This document shows, piece after piece, positions 48,955-58,522 of a stretch of DNA of 64,000 bases. The stretch covers positions 8,924 to 72,923 of the forward strand of contig JAHDDR010000001.1 in NCBI GenBank assembly GCA_020629255.1. The letters are read 5' to 3'. Within the stretch, counting starts at the first letter, position 1. Each line of letters starts with the position of its first letter. The translations under genes and the position numbers were made by a program. Under the pieces are notes generated by a model. It saw only the letters and a list, made by a program, of their open reading frames with translations. It was not told where the DNA came from and made no database searches. This DNA comes from Saprospiraceae bacterium. Lineage in GTDB: Bacteria; Bacteroidota; Bacteroidia; Chitinophagales; Saprospiraceae.

Positions 48955-50334
48955 TTAAAATGCATTTTCTCTCGTTTTTTTCCCAAATACTGTTAGGAAA
49001 ATAATTTTCAGATCCAAGAAGAAAGACCAGTTCCTCAAGTACCATACATCGTGTTTTGTTCGGCCTTCTTTGGCTTCTTTTGTTTCTGTGGGACCTCGGA
49101 AACCATTGACTTGTGCCCAGCCTGTAATGCCAGGTTTGGTGTAATGGCGTAGGATATAATTTTCCATTTCGTTTCCTAATTCCTTGTCCAAGTAAATTGG
49201 GTGAGGTCTGGGCCCTACGATACTCATGTCTCCTTTGAACACATTGAAAAATTGAGGCATTTCGTCTAAGTTGGTTCTTCTCATGAAGGCTCCGACTTTG
49301 GTTATCCGGCTATCATTCTTGGTGGCTTGTTTTGTATCCGCTTCATCATTAAGAACCATGGAACGAAATTTATGGCAAACAAAATGCTTGTTTTTATATC
49401 CTACTCTTTTTTGGTTGAACATGGCGGGACCGGGAGATTGTATCTTAATCAACAATGCCAGTAAAGGGTAAAGCCAAGACATGATAAATACTATGACGAA
49501 GAATGAAAAGACAATATCGAAGGCTCTTTTTAGAAAACGGTTTCTGAGTCGGGCAATGTCTTCATCTTTTACCGATATGATTGGGTATCCGTTATGCACT
49601 TCCATTTTCACCCCTCTTGAAATCAATTCTACTTCGAGGGGAATGATTTTGAAGTCGATGAAATTCAATAAGGCATAATTTTTCAATTCTCTAATTTCTT
49701 TCCCCCTCATTTCGTTGGAAGCATAGAGAATCAAATTGACTTCATTTTCTTTGATAATGGGATAAATATCTTCCGGCTCGCCTATTTTTTTATATCCTTT
49801 AGGAATATTTTTTCCGATGGATCCTATATATTTTACTTTATTCAGGTGGGCATCGCTGATGGTTTTCTCTACTTTGGGAAGCACATCACAATATCCTATT
49901 ACCAAGTAGTTCAATGTTTCTACTCTTCCTATATGGGGAAGAAATCGTTTCAATATAAATCTTCCTAGAAGAAGGAGGATGATCAACAATACATAAAAGG
50001 CGGGAAAGAATTTGAATTCCCATCCTGTTTCATACAATAAAAAATATATAATACCGAAACCTATGAAGTGCATCATATAATTTTTCAGTACGCTTTTTAT
50101 CTCTACTCTAAAGGTTGTATATTCGAAACGTCCGTATAATTTATTGGCCAGGGTTAGAGTAGAGAACCAAAGGAGGTTGACAATGATCCAGAGGGTCATG
50201 TAATCTTCTTTAAAGATGGAAATATCCCATACTTTATTAAAGTCATCCAATACAATGATCGAGGATGCAAAGAAGGATACATTTAATCCTATCAGGTCAA
50301 TTAATATTCTTATCAGTTTTTTTGAATGCAGCAT
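48955..50334 (-). CDS. Polyprenyl-phosphate sugar phosphotransferase (WbaP/WcaJ-type initiating enzyme)
   Basis: 459 aa. N-terminal TM bundle, then the Bac_transf core: KRAFDIVFSFFVIVFIMSWLYPLLALLIKIQSPGPAMFNQKRVG and DEMPQFFNVFKGDMSIVGPRP. Confidence 0.9.
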   Translation of the reverse strand: MLHSKKLIRILIDLIGLNVSFFASSIIVLDDFNKVWDISIFKEDYMTLWIIVNLLWFSTLTLANKLYGRFEYTTFRVEIKSVLKNYMMHFIGFGIIYFLLYETGWEFKFFPAFYVLLIILLLLGRFILKRFLPHIGRVETLNYLVIGYCDVLPKVEKTISDAHLNKVKYIGSIGKNIPKGYKKIGEPEDIYPIIKENEVNLILYASNEMRGKEIRELKNYALLNFIDFKIIPLEVELISRGVKMEVHNGYPIISVKDEDIARLRNRFLKRAFDIVFSFFVIVFIMSWLYPLLALLIKIQSPGPAMFNQKRVGYKNKHFVCHKFRSMVLNDEADTKQATKNDSRITKVGAFMRRTNLDEMPQFFNVFKGDMSIVGPRPHPIYLDKELGNEMENYILRHYTKPGITGWAQVNGFRGPTETKEAKEGRTKHDVWYLRNWSFFLDLKIIFLTVFGKKTRENAF

Positions 50335-50346
50335 TTAGTTTTGAAC

Positions 50347-51462
50347 TTAGGCTTTTTTCATTTCGTTGAAGAGTTCGATGTATTGATTGGTTATTTTTTC
50401 CCAAGTATAATGGGATGTTATTCTTTCTCGGGAAATCTCTTTTAAGGATAATATCTTTTCTGGTGAAGAATCCACTTCGTCTATTATAGAAGCTAGGTTC
50501 CCTTCTTCTTTTGTGAAATAAATTCCATGTTTTCCGTTAAGTAGCACTTCTCTACTAAATACAGTATCCAAAGCCATAATTCCACAACCATAAGCCATAG
50601 CTTTTAGCAATGTTGGATTCGTCCCTCCAAATTCATGACCATGAAAATACGCAAAACAATTGTGATATAATTCTGCTAATACATTTTGATCATAAACATA
50701 CCCTGTAAAGAAAACCCTATCATCTTTTTCTTGTGTTTTTTTGATGTTCATGGCAAATTCATCTACGTAGGGAACATCTCCAACAATGACTAATTTTTTA
50801 TGTGTTTTGGTTTTTACAAATTCCCTTACGAGGATATCTGCATTATTATCCGGAACAAGACGACCGACAATCAAATAGTAATCGTCTTTTTCGAGATTCC
50901 ATTTTTTGATGAGTTCGGGTTGGGTAGAATGTCTCAAATTAGCTCCATATGCAATAACTGTGCTTGGGGTATTAAATTCCTTGATATAGTGTTTCCCCAT
51001 TTCATCAGAATCGGTAATGATGACATCATATAATTTAGTGGCAATCCAGGATGCCCAATAAAAATATTTACCGCCCAGACCTTTCCATTTTGGGCGAAGC
51101 CATTCCAAGCCGTCTACATTAATGCAGGTTTTTTTTCTGAATATCTTAGAAATTAATCCGAAGGGACCATTGGCAGAATTTACAGCAAGAATAACATCGT
51201 AATCTTGTCTGACCGCATGCCACATAGACTGTACCGAATGAATTAACTGTGCCGTTGTTTTGCCTTTTGTCGTATTGACATAAACAAGCTTGACTCCATT
51301 GACCTCATCCGGGTACTCCTTGAACAAATTTTTATGACAATACACTGTAACTTCGATTCCTTTAGGAACCAAGCGTTCTACCAATTCTTTTACAAAGGTT
51401 TCATATCCGCTATACACATACGGATATCCTCTAGAACCAATAATTGCAACTTTTAAACTCAT
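50347..51462 (-). CDS. GT-B (family 4) glycosyltransferase with DUF1972-type N-terminus (WchF-like)
   Basis: 371 aa. The N-terminus KVAIIGSRGYPYVYSGYETFVKEL is the DUF1972 signature. The C-terminus has HGHEFGGTNPTLLKAMAYG. Confidence 0.8.
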   Translation of the reverse strand: MSLKVAIIGSRGYPYVYSGYETFVKELVERLVPKGIEVTVYCHKNLFKEYPDEVNGVKLVYVNTTKGKTTAQLIHSVQSMWHAVRQDYDVILAVNSANGPFGLISKIFRKKTCINVDGLEWLRPKWKGLGGKYFYWASWIATKLYDVIITDSDEMGKHYIKEFNTPSTVIAYGANLRHSTQPELIKKWNLEKDDYYLIVGRLVPDNNADILVREFVKTKTHKKLVIVGDVPYVDEFAMNIKKTQEKDDRVFFTGYVYDQNVLAELYHNCFAYFHGHEFGGTNPTLLKAMAYGCGIMALDTVFSREVLLNGKHGIYFTKEEGNLASIIDEVDSSPEKILSLKEISRERITSHYTWEKITNQYIELFNEMKKA

Positions 51463-51467
51463 GCTAT

Positions 51468-52130
51468 TTAATCCGGAAAATTATGAGATGTAAAGGATTT
51501 ATTCATTCCTAAGAATTTTTCGTAATATATTTTACTATCCGGAAATAATACTTTCATTTCCGAATGAGAAATGAGTCTGATTTCATCCAGATATTGATTG
51601 GCAAATTTTTCCGTCCATTTCCGCCCCCTGCTCAATTTTGTTTTTGTTAAAATTGAAAATGCTAAACCTCTTGGGTAAAATTGAAAATAAGGCATGAGAT
51701 AATGCGGTTCCATAAAAAAATATTTATTGGGGGTCTGTACAAAATGGTATTTCCCGACCCTAACCAATTCCTTTGCCATTTTCACTTGGCTTTCGTATGT
51801 GTACAAGTGTTCTATAACCGAATTAGAGAAAGCTAAGTCAAAAGAATTATCTTCATATTCTTTTAGGTTGGTTGCATCTCCTGCCACACTTTTGAATTGA
51901 GGATATTGTGTTGGATACACATCTAGGTTCACGAGTGTTATTTCAATATCATCTCTATTTTGAAATCCTCTATTGATCCAAAAATTTTCCGTTCCGCCCA
52001 CATCTATGATTCGAACCGGTTTATCCATTTTGTTCAATCGTTCTTCAAAAAAGCCAAAACGCTTATTCCTGAATTGATTTCCTAACGATTGTTTCGCATT
52101 CGAACTATCGAGTAGATCTTTGATTTTCAT
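51468..52130 (-). CDS. Class I SAM-dependent methyltransferase
   Basis: 220 aa. Shows VRIIDVGGTENFW (motif I) and FDLAFSNSVIEHL. Confidence 0.7.
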   Translation of the reverse strand: MKIKDLLDSSNAKQSLGNQFRNKRFGFFEERLNKMDKPVRIIDVGGTENFWINRGFQNRDDIEITLVNLDVYPTQYPQFKSVAGDATNLKEYEDNSFDLAFSNSVIEHLYTYESQVKMAKELVRVGKYHFVQTPNKYFFMEPHYLMPYFQFYPRGLAFSILTKTKLSRGRKWTEKFANQYLDEIRLISHSEMKVLFPDSKIYYEKFLGMNKSFTSHNFPD

Positions 52131-52150
52131 ATTTTCCTTTCTTGTTTTAT

Positions 52151-53308
52151 TTATGATTGCTCTAAAACACTTTTCAAGTGTCCGCTCATTCTTTCGGTGT
52201 ATTTCTCTAGGGAGAACTCTTCTGTTACCCTGCGTTTACCCGCTTCCCCAAAAGATTGCCTTTGTTGTTCATTATCAAATAAAGGGGCAAAAATTTCTTT
52301 AGCTTTTTGTGCATCACCTATCGGTACATGATATCCAGTTACTCCATGTTTTATCATTTCCAAAGCTCCGCCTTGTGCGGTAGCAATAATGGGTTTGCTT
52401 GCATGCATCGATTCCAAAATTACCGTTGGAAAAGGGTCCGGCAATATGGAAGGGAGGACAAAGATATCCAAGGCGCTCATGATATCATGGATATCTTTTC
52501 TGAATCGCATTTGTATTACATTATCGATCAATCCTAATTTTTCGATTTTCTCGTTGATTTCGTCGTAAAGGTATTCGTATCCCGGGAAAGCATCTCCTAC
52601 CATTAGGTATTTTATTTTTGGATGTAGCGTTTTCATTTCTGCGGCCATGTCCAAAAAATAACTTTGTCCTTTCCAATAATGGACCCGACCAATCATCCCG
52701 ACCAAAAGAGTATCATCATCCAATCCGATTTCTTTTCGGATTTTTCCCCTGTCTCCATTGGAGAACTGTTCGCCTTCTATGCCATTATGGATAACCACAA
52801 TCTTACCGTCGTCACCACCATAAACACCATCCCAATGTTTTTTTACCGCATTGGAAACCACAATAGATTTATCACTTCTATTTTTGATAATCTTAGCAAT
52901 GAAATTGGCAAAAAATTTCGGTTTTTCTATTATCTCATGTATGTGTAAAACATGCTTAGCCATTCCTCCTCTCGTTGCCCACGCTCCAGCTAAAACCGCC
53001 GTTGTATTGGAATAGACAATATCTATATTATGCTGCCTAATTATTTGTTTAATCCTTGAAGAGGCCTTAGACAAATTATAGGCTCTATTGATCATACCTA
53101 TCGGATTGAAGTATTTTCTTCTTAAAATACCCAAAGGCATAATAATAACTTCCGCTCCTACTTCTTCTAATTTTTCTTTTAGCATACCATCTTCGGGAAG
53201 ACAGACTACTGCTTTTTTCAAATCATCTCCGAGAGCCTTTATGGTTTGAACCAAAATTTTACTTGCCCCATACATTCCAGAAGAGGAATGCAAAAAAAGA
53301 ATATTCAT
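52151..53308 (-). CDS. GT-B (family 4) glycosyltransferase
   Basis: 385 aa. Shows MNILFLHSSSGMYGASK and the E-x7-E region LPSILPDPFPTVILESMHASKPIIATAQGGALEMIKHGVTGYHV. Confidence 0.85.
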   Translation of the reverse strand: MNILFLHSSSGMYGASKILVQTIKALGDDLKKAVVCLPEDGMLKEKLEEVGAEVIIMPLGILRRKYFNPIGMINRAYNLSKASSRIKQIIRQHNIDIVYSNTTAVLAGAWATRGGMAKHVLHIHEIIEKPKFFANFIAKIIKNRSDKSIVVSNAVKKHWDGVYGGDDGKIVVIHNGIEGEQFSNGDRGKIRKEIGLDDDTLLVGMIGRVHYWKGQSYFLDMAAEMKTLHPKIKYLMVGDAFPGYEYLYDEINEKIEKLGLIDNVIQMRFRKDIHDIMSALDIFVLPSILPDPFPTVILESMHASKPIIATAQGGALEMIKHGVTGYHVPIGDAQKAKEIFAPLFDNEQQRQSFGEAGKRRVTEEFSLEKYTERMSGHLKSVLEQS

Positions 53309-53356
53309 TAACTTTCTTGTTTAAAATCGTTTGAACAAATCAAATTTAAGTATTTG

Positions 53357-53385
53357 GGCAAAAGCAATAAGATATTGCTTTTGCC
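53357..53385. repeat. Perfect 13-bp inverted repeat (stem-loop) in the 84-nt gap after a sulfotransferase gene
   Basis: GGCAAAAGCAATA-aga-TATTGCTTTTGCC was read directly from the sequence. It lies 7 nt downstream of the minus-strand stop at 53393. No clean U-tract follows on either strand. Confidence 0.7.
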
Positions 53386-53392
53386 TAAATAT

Positions 53393-54313
53393 TTACCATG
53401 CCGAAATATCTACTTTATATTTTTCAGCAAGAAATTTTGTACTTGTTAAAAATTCTTCGTTATCTAATTTTTGGAGTAAATTATGTTCCTCGTCTGTATT
53501 TTTTGAATTGGGTTTTGCATTAAATTTTTCGTGGAGTTTCTTAAATGTATTTTTGAGTTTGCTATCACCATACCTAAAAGAAGAAGGCAAAGGTAAGGCT
53601 TCATACAATTTTCTAATCGCTTGGGTTTTAACCTCGTAACTTTCGTTGTATTTTTTGAAATCGTAATTATTAAAATAGCTCGTATCCACCTCCACTTTGT
53701 CTAAAATAAGGTTCATGTATTTCTGAGGTTCTTTCACAAATGCTTCAAAAGAAAAAACGATTACAGCATTTTTCCCAATTATTTCCGCCACTTTATTTAT
53801 GTATTGATCATATTTAGATTGTTCGATCGAATTATTGAGAACATTGTGTTCTTTTAACAATGGAGATTTAGAATAAACCATTTTTATATACTCGGAAAAA
53901 CTTATTTTATTATCCAATATACCCAACCTACTTTGAGCATACTTGTACATAGAAAAAATTCTTTTTGATGGTTTCCTCAAACAAAAAACGACAATAGGTT
54001 TAGGTGTAAAATCAGATAATATTTTTAAAAATGTTTCTTGATACATGTAATCAGGCGTTGCATCTAATAAAACCTGATTTTTTGTCGCCTCTTTAAATAA
54101 GTCATCATATCCATTATAACCTTCATCATGAAAATTAGTCAACAATTGCGACTGATTATATGATGGGGGAAAATATCCTTTATCTAAAAAATAGCAGGTC
54201 TCTTTTACTTGTGGCCCATAAATATCTGGATGATCGTTTAAATATCTAAATAAAGATGTTGTTCCACATCTAGGGGCTCCTGCTATAATTATTCTTTTTC
54301 TTTTTTCAAACAT
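53393..54313 (-). CDS. Sulfotransferase (PAPS-dependent)
   Basis: 306 aa with no signal peptide. 5'-PSB loop IIIAGAPRCGTTSLFRYL. 3'-PB-like motif FCLRKPSKRIFSMYKY. Confidence 0.8.
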   Translation of the reverse strand: MFEKRKRIIIAGAPRCGTTSLFRYLNDHPDIYGPQVKETCYFLDKGYFPPSYNQSQLLTNFHDEGYNGYDDLFKEATKNQVLLDATPDYMYQETFLKILSDFTPKPIVVFCLRKPSKRIFSMYKYAQSRLGILDNKISFSEYIKMVYSKSPLLKEHNVLNNSIEQSKYDQYINKVAEIIGKNAVIVFSFEAFVKEPQKYMNLILDKVEVDTSYFNNYDFKKYNESYEVKTQAIRKLYEALPLPSSFRYGDSKLKNTFKKLHEKFNAKPNSKNTDEEHNLLQKLDNEEFLTSTKFLAEKYKVDISAW

Positions 54314-54572
54314 ATTTTATTGTATCTAAATATATATGCTATAAGTACTCGGTCAAATTAAATGAATATTCTTTTTTCCCTATACTTCGTTAAAATACTC
54401 CGATGATTTATTAACCTTATTTAAAAATGATTCAATGATCTATTTACAAGCCATTGTTTCCTAAATACTTCAGCTATTTTCACCTCGTAGCTAGGGGTAC
54501 GAAACTCAAAAGGAGCTTCTCTTAAAAATCAAACACTTACAACTAGTTTCACCAACCACTTTTTAAACAAGT

Positions 54573-55862
54573 TCATTCTTTATATTGTCTTAAATAAAAA
54601 ATCACCAACATAAAAACCATGCTCACCCAACTCGAAAATCTATCCAACACCAAAACCGTAAGTCCTGATGTAAACAGAAATATCATGACGATAGGAAACA
54701 TGGAATATCTGATGTCCATTAATTTTTTCAAAATAGCATACAACTTGATAAACAAGTAAGAATATATCAACATCAAAGCTAAACCCCCATTAATAAATAT
54801 GCTCAAGAATTGGTTGTGTGGATGAGGAATATAATCTGGATTGGGCCAAATTTTTACTTTTTGCATACCATGAATGAACAGTTCTTTGTTTGATCCAAAG
54901 CCACTCCCAAATAAATAATTCTCTAATCCAAACATTTCTGAGATCGAATAAGCATAAATCGACCACATTCTTCCTCTGTTGGTAAGGAATGAAGGTTCGA
55001 ATATTATATTTTTTCGATGTGACAATATTTTATCAGATAAAAGAGCTGCGATCTCCTGATAGTATAAAGCAAATATCATTAATCCTCCAAAACAGCACAT
55101 AAAAAAAATCATTCTTTGGGCAGACATTTGCAACTTTACATGACAATACACAAAATAAGTCAAAAGAAGAAACGTTCCTGCAATTGTACTTTTTATCAAA
55201 ATCAACATTTGTAATAAGAAAAAAAGCACAAACAAAGGTAGAATAAGAAACTTGGCATTTGTCCAAACCGTGAGCATAGAAAACAATAAATAATTGATAT
55301 TTGCCAACTCACTCGGATGGTATAAAAACCCATTGACCCTTGCTACTGCCTGTCCATCTATTCTTGTTACATTTACATAATCAAATGCCCAAATGGTTAA
55401 TGGTGCCAAGCCTATGAATTGCAGAACAGCAATTGACAATGGCACAAAAGACATCGCTAGATAAATGTACAACAGTTTCCATAAACCTTTCCTAATTATT
55501 AATTTATGTTCTACAAGAATTAAAAAATAATAAAAAAGAAAAGGTCCTACTAATGTATTAATAGCTTCCCCTACATCATACTTAACAGAACAAGCCGCAT
55601 TGAGAAAAAGAAAACATCCAATTACGAATGCGTGTATTTTCCATTTTTTTATTAATAATCCTAATGAAATTAATACCAATAAGGCAATTCCTCCATTAAA
55701 AAACCAATGTAATTTAAAGGAGCCAATTTTTGGGGCGATGTTTCCCACTATAATTACAAAGGGAATGAAGCTACATAATACAAGAATCCAAACTTGAAGT
55801 ATTCCTACTACACTTTTTTGCGTCCCGTTCAAAGTTCTAACCTCAGATGTAACAGATGTCAT
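54573..55862 (-). CDS. wzy: O-antigen polymerase/ligase-family membrane protein (second Wzy-type)
   Basis: 429 aa, polytopic. Shows RGRMWSIYAYSISEMFGLENYLFGSGFGS and PHPHNQFLSIFINGGLALM, matching the Wzy_C motif pattern. Confidence 0.6.
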   Translation of the reverse strand: MTSVTSEVRTLNGTQKSVVGILQVWILVLCSFIPFVIIVGNIAPKIGSFKLHWFFNGGIALLVLISLGLLIKKWKIHAFVIGCFLFLNAACSVKYDVGEAINTLVGPFLFYYFLILVEHKLIIRKGLWKLLYIYLAMSFVPLSIAVLQFIGLAPLTIWAFDYVNVTRIDGQAVARVNGFLYHPSELANINYLLFSMLTVWTNAKFLILPLFVLFFLLQMLILIKSTIAGTFLLLTYFVYCHVKLQMSAQRMIFFMCCFGGLMIFALYYQEIAALLSDKILSHRKNIIFEPSFLTNRGRMWSIYAYSISEMFGLENYLFGSGFGSNKELFIHGMQKVKIWPNPDYIPHPHNQFLSIFINGGLALMLIYSYLFIKLYAILKKLMDIRYSMFPIVMIFLFTSGLTVLVLDRFSSWVSMVFMLVIFYLRQYKE

Positions 55863-56752
55863 TTCTTCCAGTGAGAAAGATCTTTCTCTAATAAGTTTTC
55901 TAATTTATCAAGGTCTTCTCTGAAATAATTCTGTAGGTCTTTTTTTACATTTTCGGGCAATTGTTCCTTTTTGGTTTTTCGCTGAGTCATGTTTTTCTTT
56001 TTAATTTTTTTGACTAAGGATAAAAAACCTGTTTTTTCCAAAAATGGGAGCATGAATTGTAATCCATTCGAATGGATTATCATTTTAGCTTTTCCTATAA
56101 AATTAACCAAAGATTGGCTCTTTGGCTGTAAACCTACGTTTACTTTTTCATCAAACCCTTCGGGATAAAAAACCTCTACTTCTAGGAATTCGTATAATTC
56201 CTTTAAGAATGTTTTATTGTCTTTTTTGACATCTTCAAAAAATAATATTTTAATATTTTCTCTTGGAAAGATGTCAAAATATTTTTTTAGCTTTTGATAG
56301 TATAAACTCGTATGCAAAAACTTTTCAGGCAATTTTTCTATGGCATCCTGATAATTCTTAAATACTCCTATGCCATTTTGTTTGCTATATAAATACTGTG
56401 AAAAAGATCGTTCGATAGGATGTCTGAGAATAGCAAAAATTTTTACATCCGGATTATATTTATAAATATCTTCTGCACAATTTTCCATGGCTAAATATAC
56501 GGGCGTTATTTCTCCCTTTATCTGACTTTGTTTAGCATTGCGAAAATAATGATGATACCAATTTAATGGTTTTTTATAATTGTGATTTTTTGTTACAAAG
56601 TCCTGAGGCATGAATTGATTAAAATAATTCAATTCTTTTTCTTCTTCGGGGTAATATACCCCTGGATGTTTCCTCAGGATTTCTGCCACCCACGATGTTG
56701 CAGATTTCGATGCTCCTATTCCTATAAATTCGATTCTTTCTTTTTCTTCCAT
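55859..56752 (-). CDS. Sulfotransferase (PAPS-dependent)
   Basis: 297 aa. 5'-PSB loop FIGIGASKSATSWVAEIL. 3'-PB-like motif AILRHPIERSFSQYLY. 4-nt overlap with the downstream wzy. Confidence 0.8.
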   Translation of the reverse strand: MEEKERIEFIGIGASKSATSWVAEILRKHPGVYYPEEEKELNYFNQFMPQDFVTKNHNYKKPLNWYHHYFRNAKQSQIKGEITPVYLAMENCAEDIYKYNPDVKIFAILRHPIERSFSQYLYSKQNGIGVFKNYQDAIEKLPEKFLHTSLYYQKLKKYFDIFPRENIKILFFEDVKKDNKTFLKELYEFLEVEVFYPEGFDEKVNVGLQPKSQSLVNFIGKAKMIIHSNGLQFMLPFLEKTGFLSLVKKIKKKNMTQRKTKKEQLPENVKKDLQNYFREDLDKLENLLEKDLSHWKK

Positions 56753-56761
56753 TACTATTTT

Positions 56762-58510
56762 TTATTGGGTATTCATTACACCAATAGTAATTGAGTATCC
56801 TTCTATATTTACTTGCCCCTGTTCTATACTGTTCTGTATCATCCCATCATGTGGTTCTGGATCTGTTGGCATATCATCTAAAGGTCTGGAAAGTGTTTGG
56901 ATGCCCCATTCGCCGTTAGGCAAATTCAGTGTATAATTTTCGCCTGTCTTATTGAGAAATAAAAATCCCTTTTTGTTTCCTTTGGTAAAAACCATGCATC
57001 TTACCGGCAAAAATGTTTTGTTTTTATATTTCAGAATTTTGCATTCTACCAATTCTTCCGTTCCGGAAAGGGAGGCATATTCCCCTCCTTCAAATTCTCC
57101 TAATATATTTTCTAATAAAGAATGAGAAACAATATTCCAACCTTGTGTAAAGGTTGGATTTTCGGGATCTGCAACCGGGTTCCATTTCATAATAGACCGC
57201 CCGAGTTTCCCTCTGTTTTTCACCATCAGCATGTGCCTCAAGATAGCATATATGGGGTATTCCTGGCTTTCTTCCATATATGCCAACATGTAATCGAGAT
57301 TACCCAATTCCATAACCCACCATAAAGGATCGATATGTTTGGTGCGATCTGATTGATCCGGGTTTTCAAACTCTATCCCAGCGATTCCAATTTCTGTTAG
57401 TAAGATGGGTAATCCATTAAAATAATCGTTACCTAGAGGAGCTACCTTATCCGCTTCATATTGTATCCCTGCAAATAAAAACCTAATTCTTTTATCTAGA
57501 GGATGTTCTTGTATTTTAGGTGGTATATAAAGATATTTGTGCAATACCACAGAATTAAAAAATGGATCTTCATTATTGGCATCATTCAAACTACTGTTCC
57601 ATTCTTTTGCCCTTCCCCTTTGGAGATGCCCTTCCCCAGTTACGGCCACCATGCTATTAGGAAATACATTCATGATGTGTTGACCAATCGGTCGGCATCG
57701 TTCTACATACTCCTCCAATGTCAGAAGATTCTTTTTCCATTTTAATTCCAAACCATGTTCATTCCCTAATTCCCACATTGGGAAATCTTGATCGGGGTAT
57801 TTTTCTTTAAGTCGATTCACTAAATTAATATTATAATTAGCGTCTTTATGGTAAATTGGTAAAGTAATGGTTGGCTTTGCCCCAACATTATTACATAGTT
57901 CTAGAAATTCATCCAAGGTGATTTTTACATTCTTGGATGCTTGCATGTTTCTTTGCAAACCTGGGTGATGGATTTTATTTTTATTATCCATGACCATTTC
58001 GGTATCCCAATCGTAAAAATGGGCGTCCGTTCCTCCCGGAAACCGTAAAACTTGATTAGGAATTTTACTAATGGCTTCTACCAACGGAGGATAATTGATA
58101 AAAGCCTTCATTCCTTTCTGGGGGACAAAAGAGGCAAACATAGAACCATAGCCTACCATGTTTTCTCTAAAATCATACATTGAAACCCCATCAAAATTTA
58201 TATCGAATGTTTTATTCATAGTATTGTTATTATTTCCTTCTATCGGTTCTTCCTCTATTGTTACTTCCGTTGTAGATTCTGTATCTTCTTCAACGAGATT
58301 TGCTTCTTCTATTATCGTTTCTTTTTCTTCTCCTATTATTACATCCTCTTCAAGGTTTACGACTACGGTTTTAGGCGAATCTATTTTATCGTCCATTACC
58401 GTTGTATGTGATTCTATATCATCATGTTTTTTGTTATTACTTAGAGTACATGATGATAGTATCCCTATTGCTATTATAAAAAAAACATCTCTATTCCTCA
58501 TTTTATTCAT
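56762..58510 (-). CDS. Lipoprotein glycoside hydrolase-like enzyme, clan GH-A (TIM barrel) type
   Basis: 582 aa. Lipobox GILSSC, then an acidic low-complexity linker (EEDVIIGEEKETIIEEANLVEEDTESTTEVTIEEEPIE). LRFPGGTDAHFYDW, MWELGNEHG (candidate acid/base Glu) and ILLTEIGIAG (candidate nucleophile, ~125 aa later) follow. GH family not assignable by eye. Confidence 0.55.
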   Translation of the reverse strand: MNKMRNRDVFFIIAIGILSSCTLSNNKKHDDIESHTTVMDDKIDSPKTVVVNLEEDVIIGEEKETIIEEANLVEEDTESTTEVTIEEEPIEGNNNNTMNKTFDINFDGVSMYDFRENMVGYGSMFASFVPQKGMKAFINYPPLVEAISKIPNQVLRFPGGTDAHFYDWDTEMVMDNKNKIHHPGLQRNMQASKNVKITLDEFLELCNNVGAKPTITLPIYHKDANYNINLVNRLKEKYPDQDFPMWELGNEHGLELKWKKNLLTLEEYVERCRPIGQHIMNVFPNSMVAVTGEGHLQRGRAKEWNSSLNDANNEDPFFNSVVLHKYLYIPPKIQEHPLDKRIRFLFAGIQYEADKVAPLGNDYFNGLPILLTEIGIAGIEFENPDQSDRTKHIDPLWWVMELGNLDYMLAYMEESQEYPIYAILRHMLMVKNRGKLGRSIMKWNPVADPENPTFTQGWNIVSHSLLENILGEFEGGEYASLSGTEELVECKILKYKNKTFLPVRCMVFTKGNKKGFLFLNKTGENYTLNLPNGEWGIQTLSRPLDDMPTDPEPHDGMIQNSIEQGQVNIEGYSITIGVMNTQ

Positions 58511-58522
58511 AGCTTATTAAGT

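Noticed and set aside
48906-48986. 27-codon extension of the Wzi-like ORF overlapping the phosphotransferase gene
   Set aside because: The basic, non-hydrophobic extension precedes a perfect signal peptide that starts at M28, so the downstream start is preferred.
55033-55266. 77-aa minus-strand ORF in an alternative frame inside the second wzy
   Set aside because: It is wholly contained in the 429-aa membrane-protein CDS and has no independent support.
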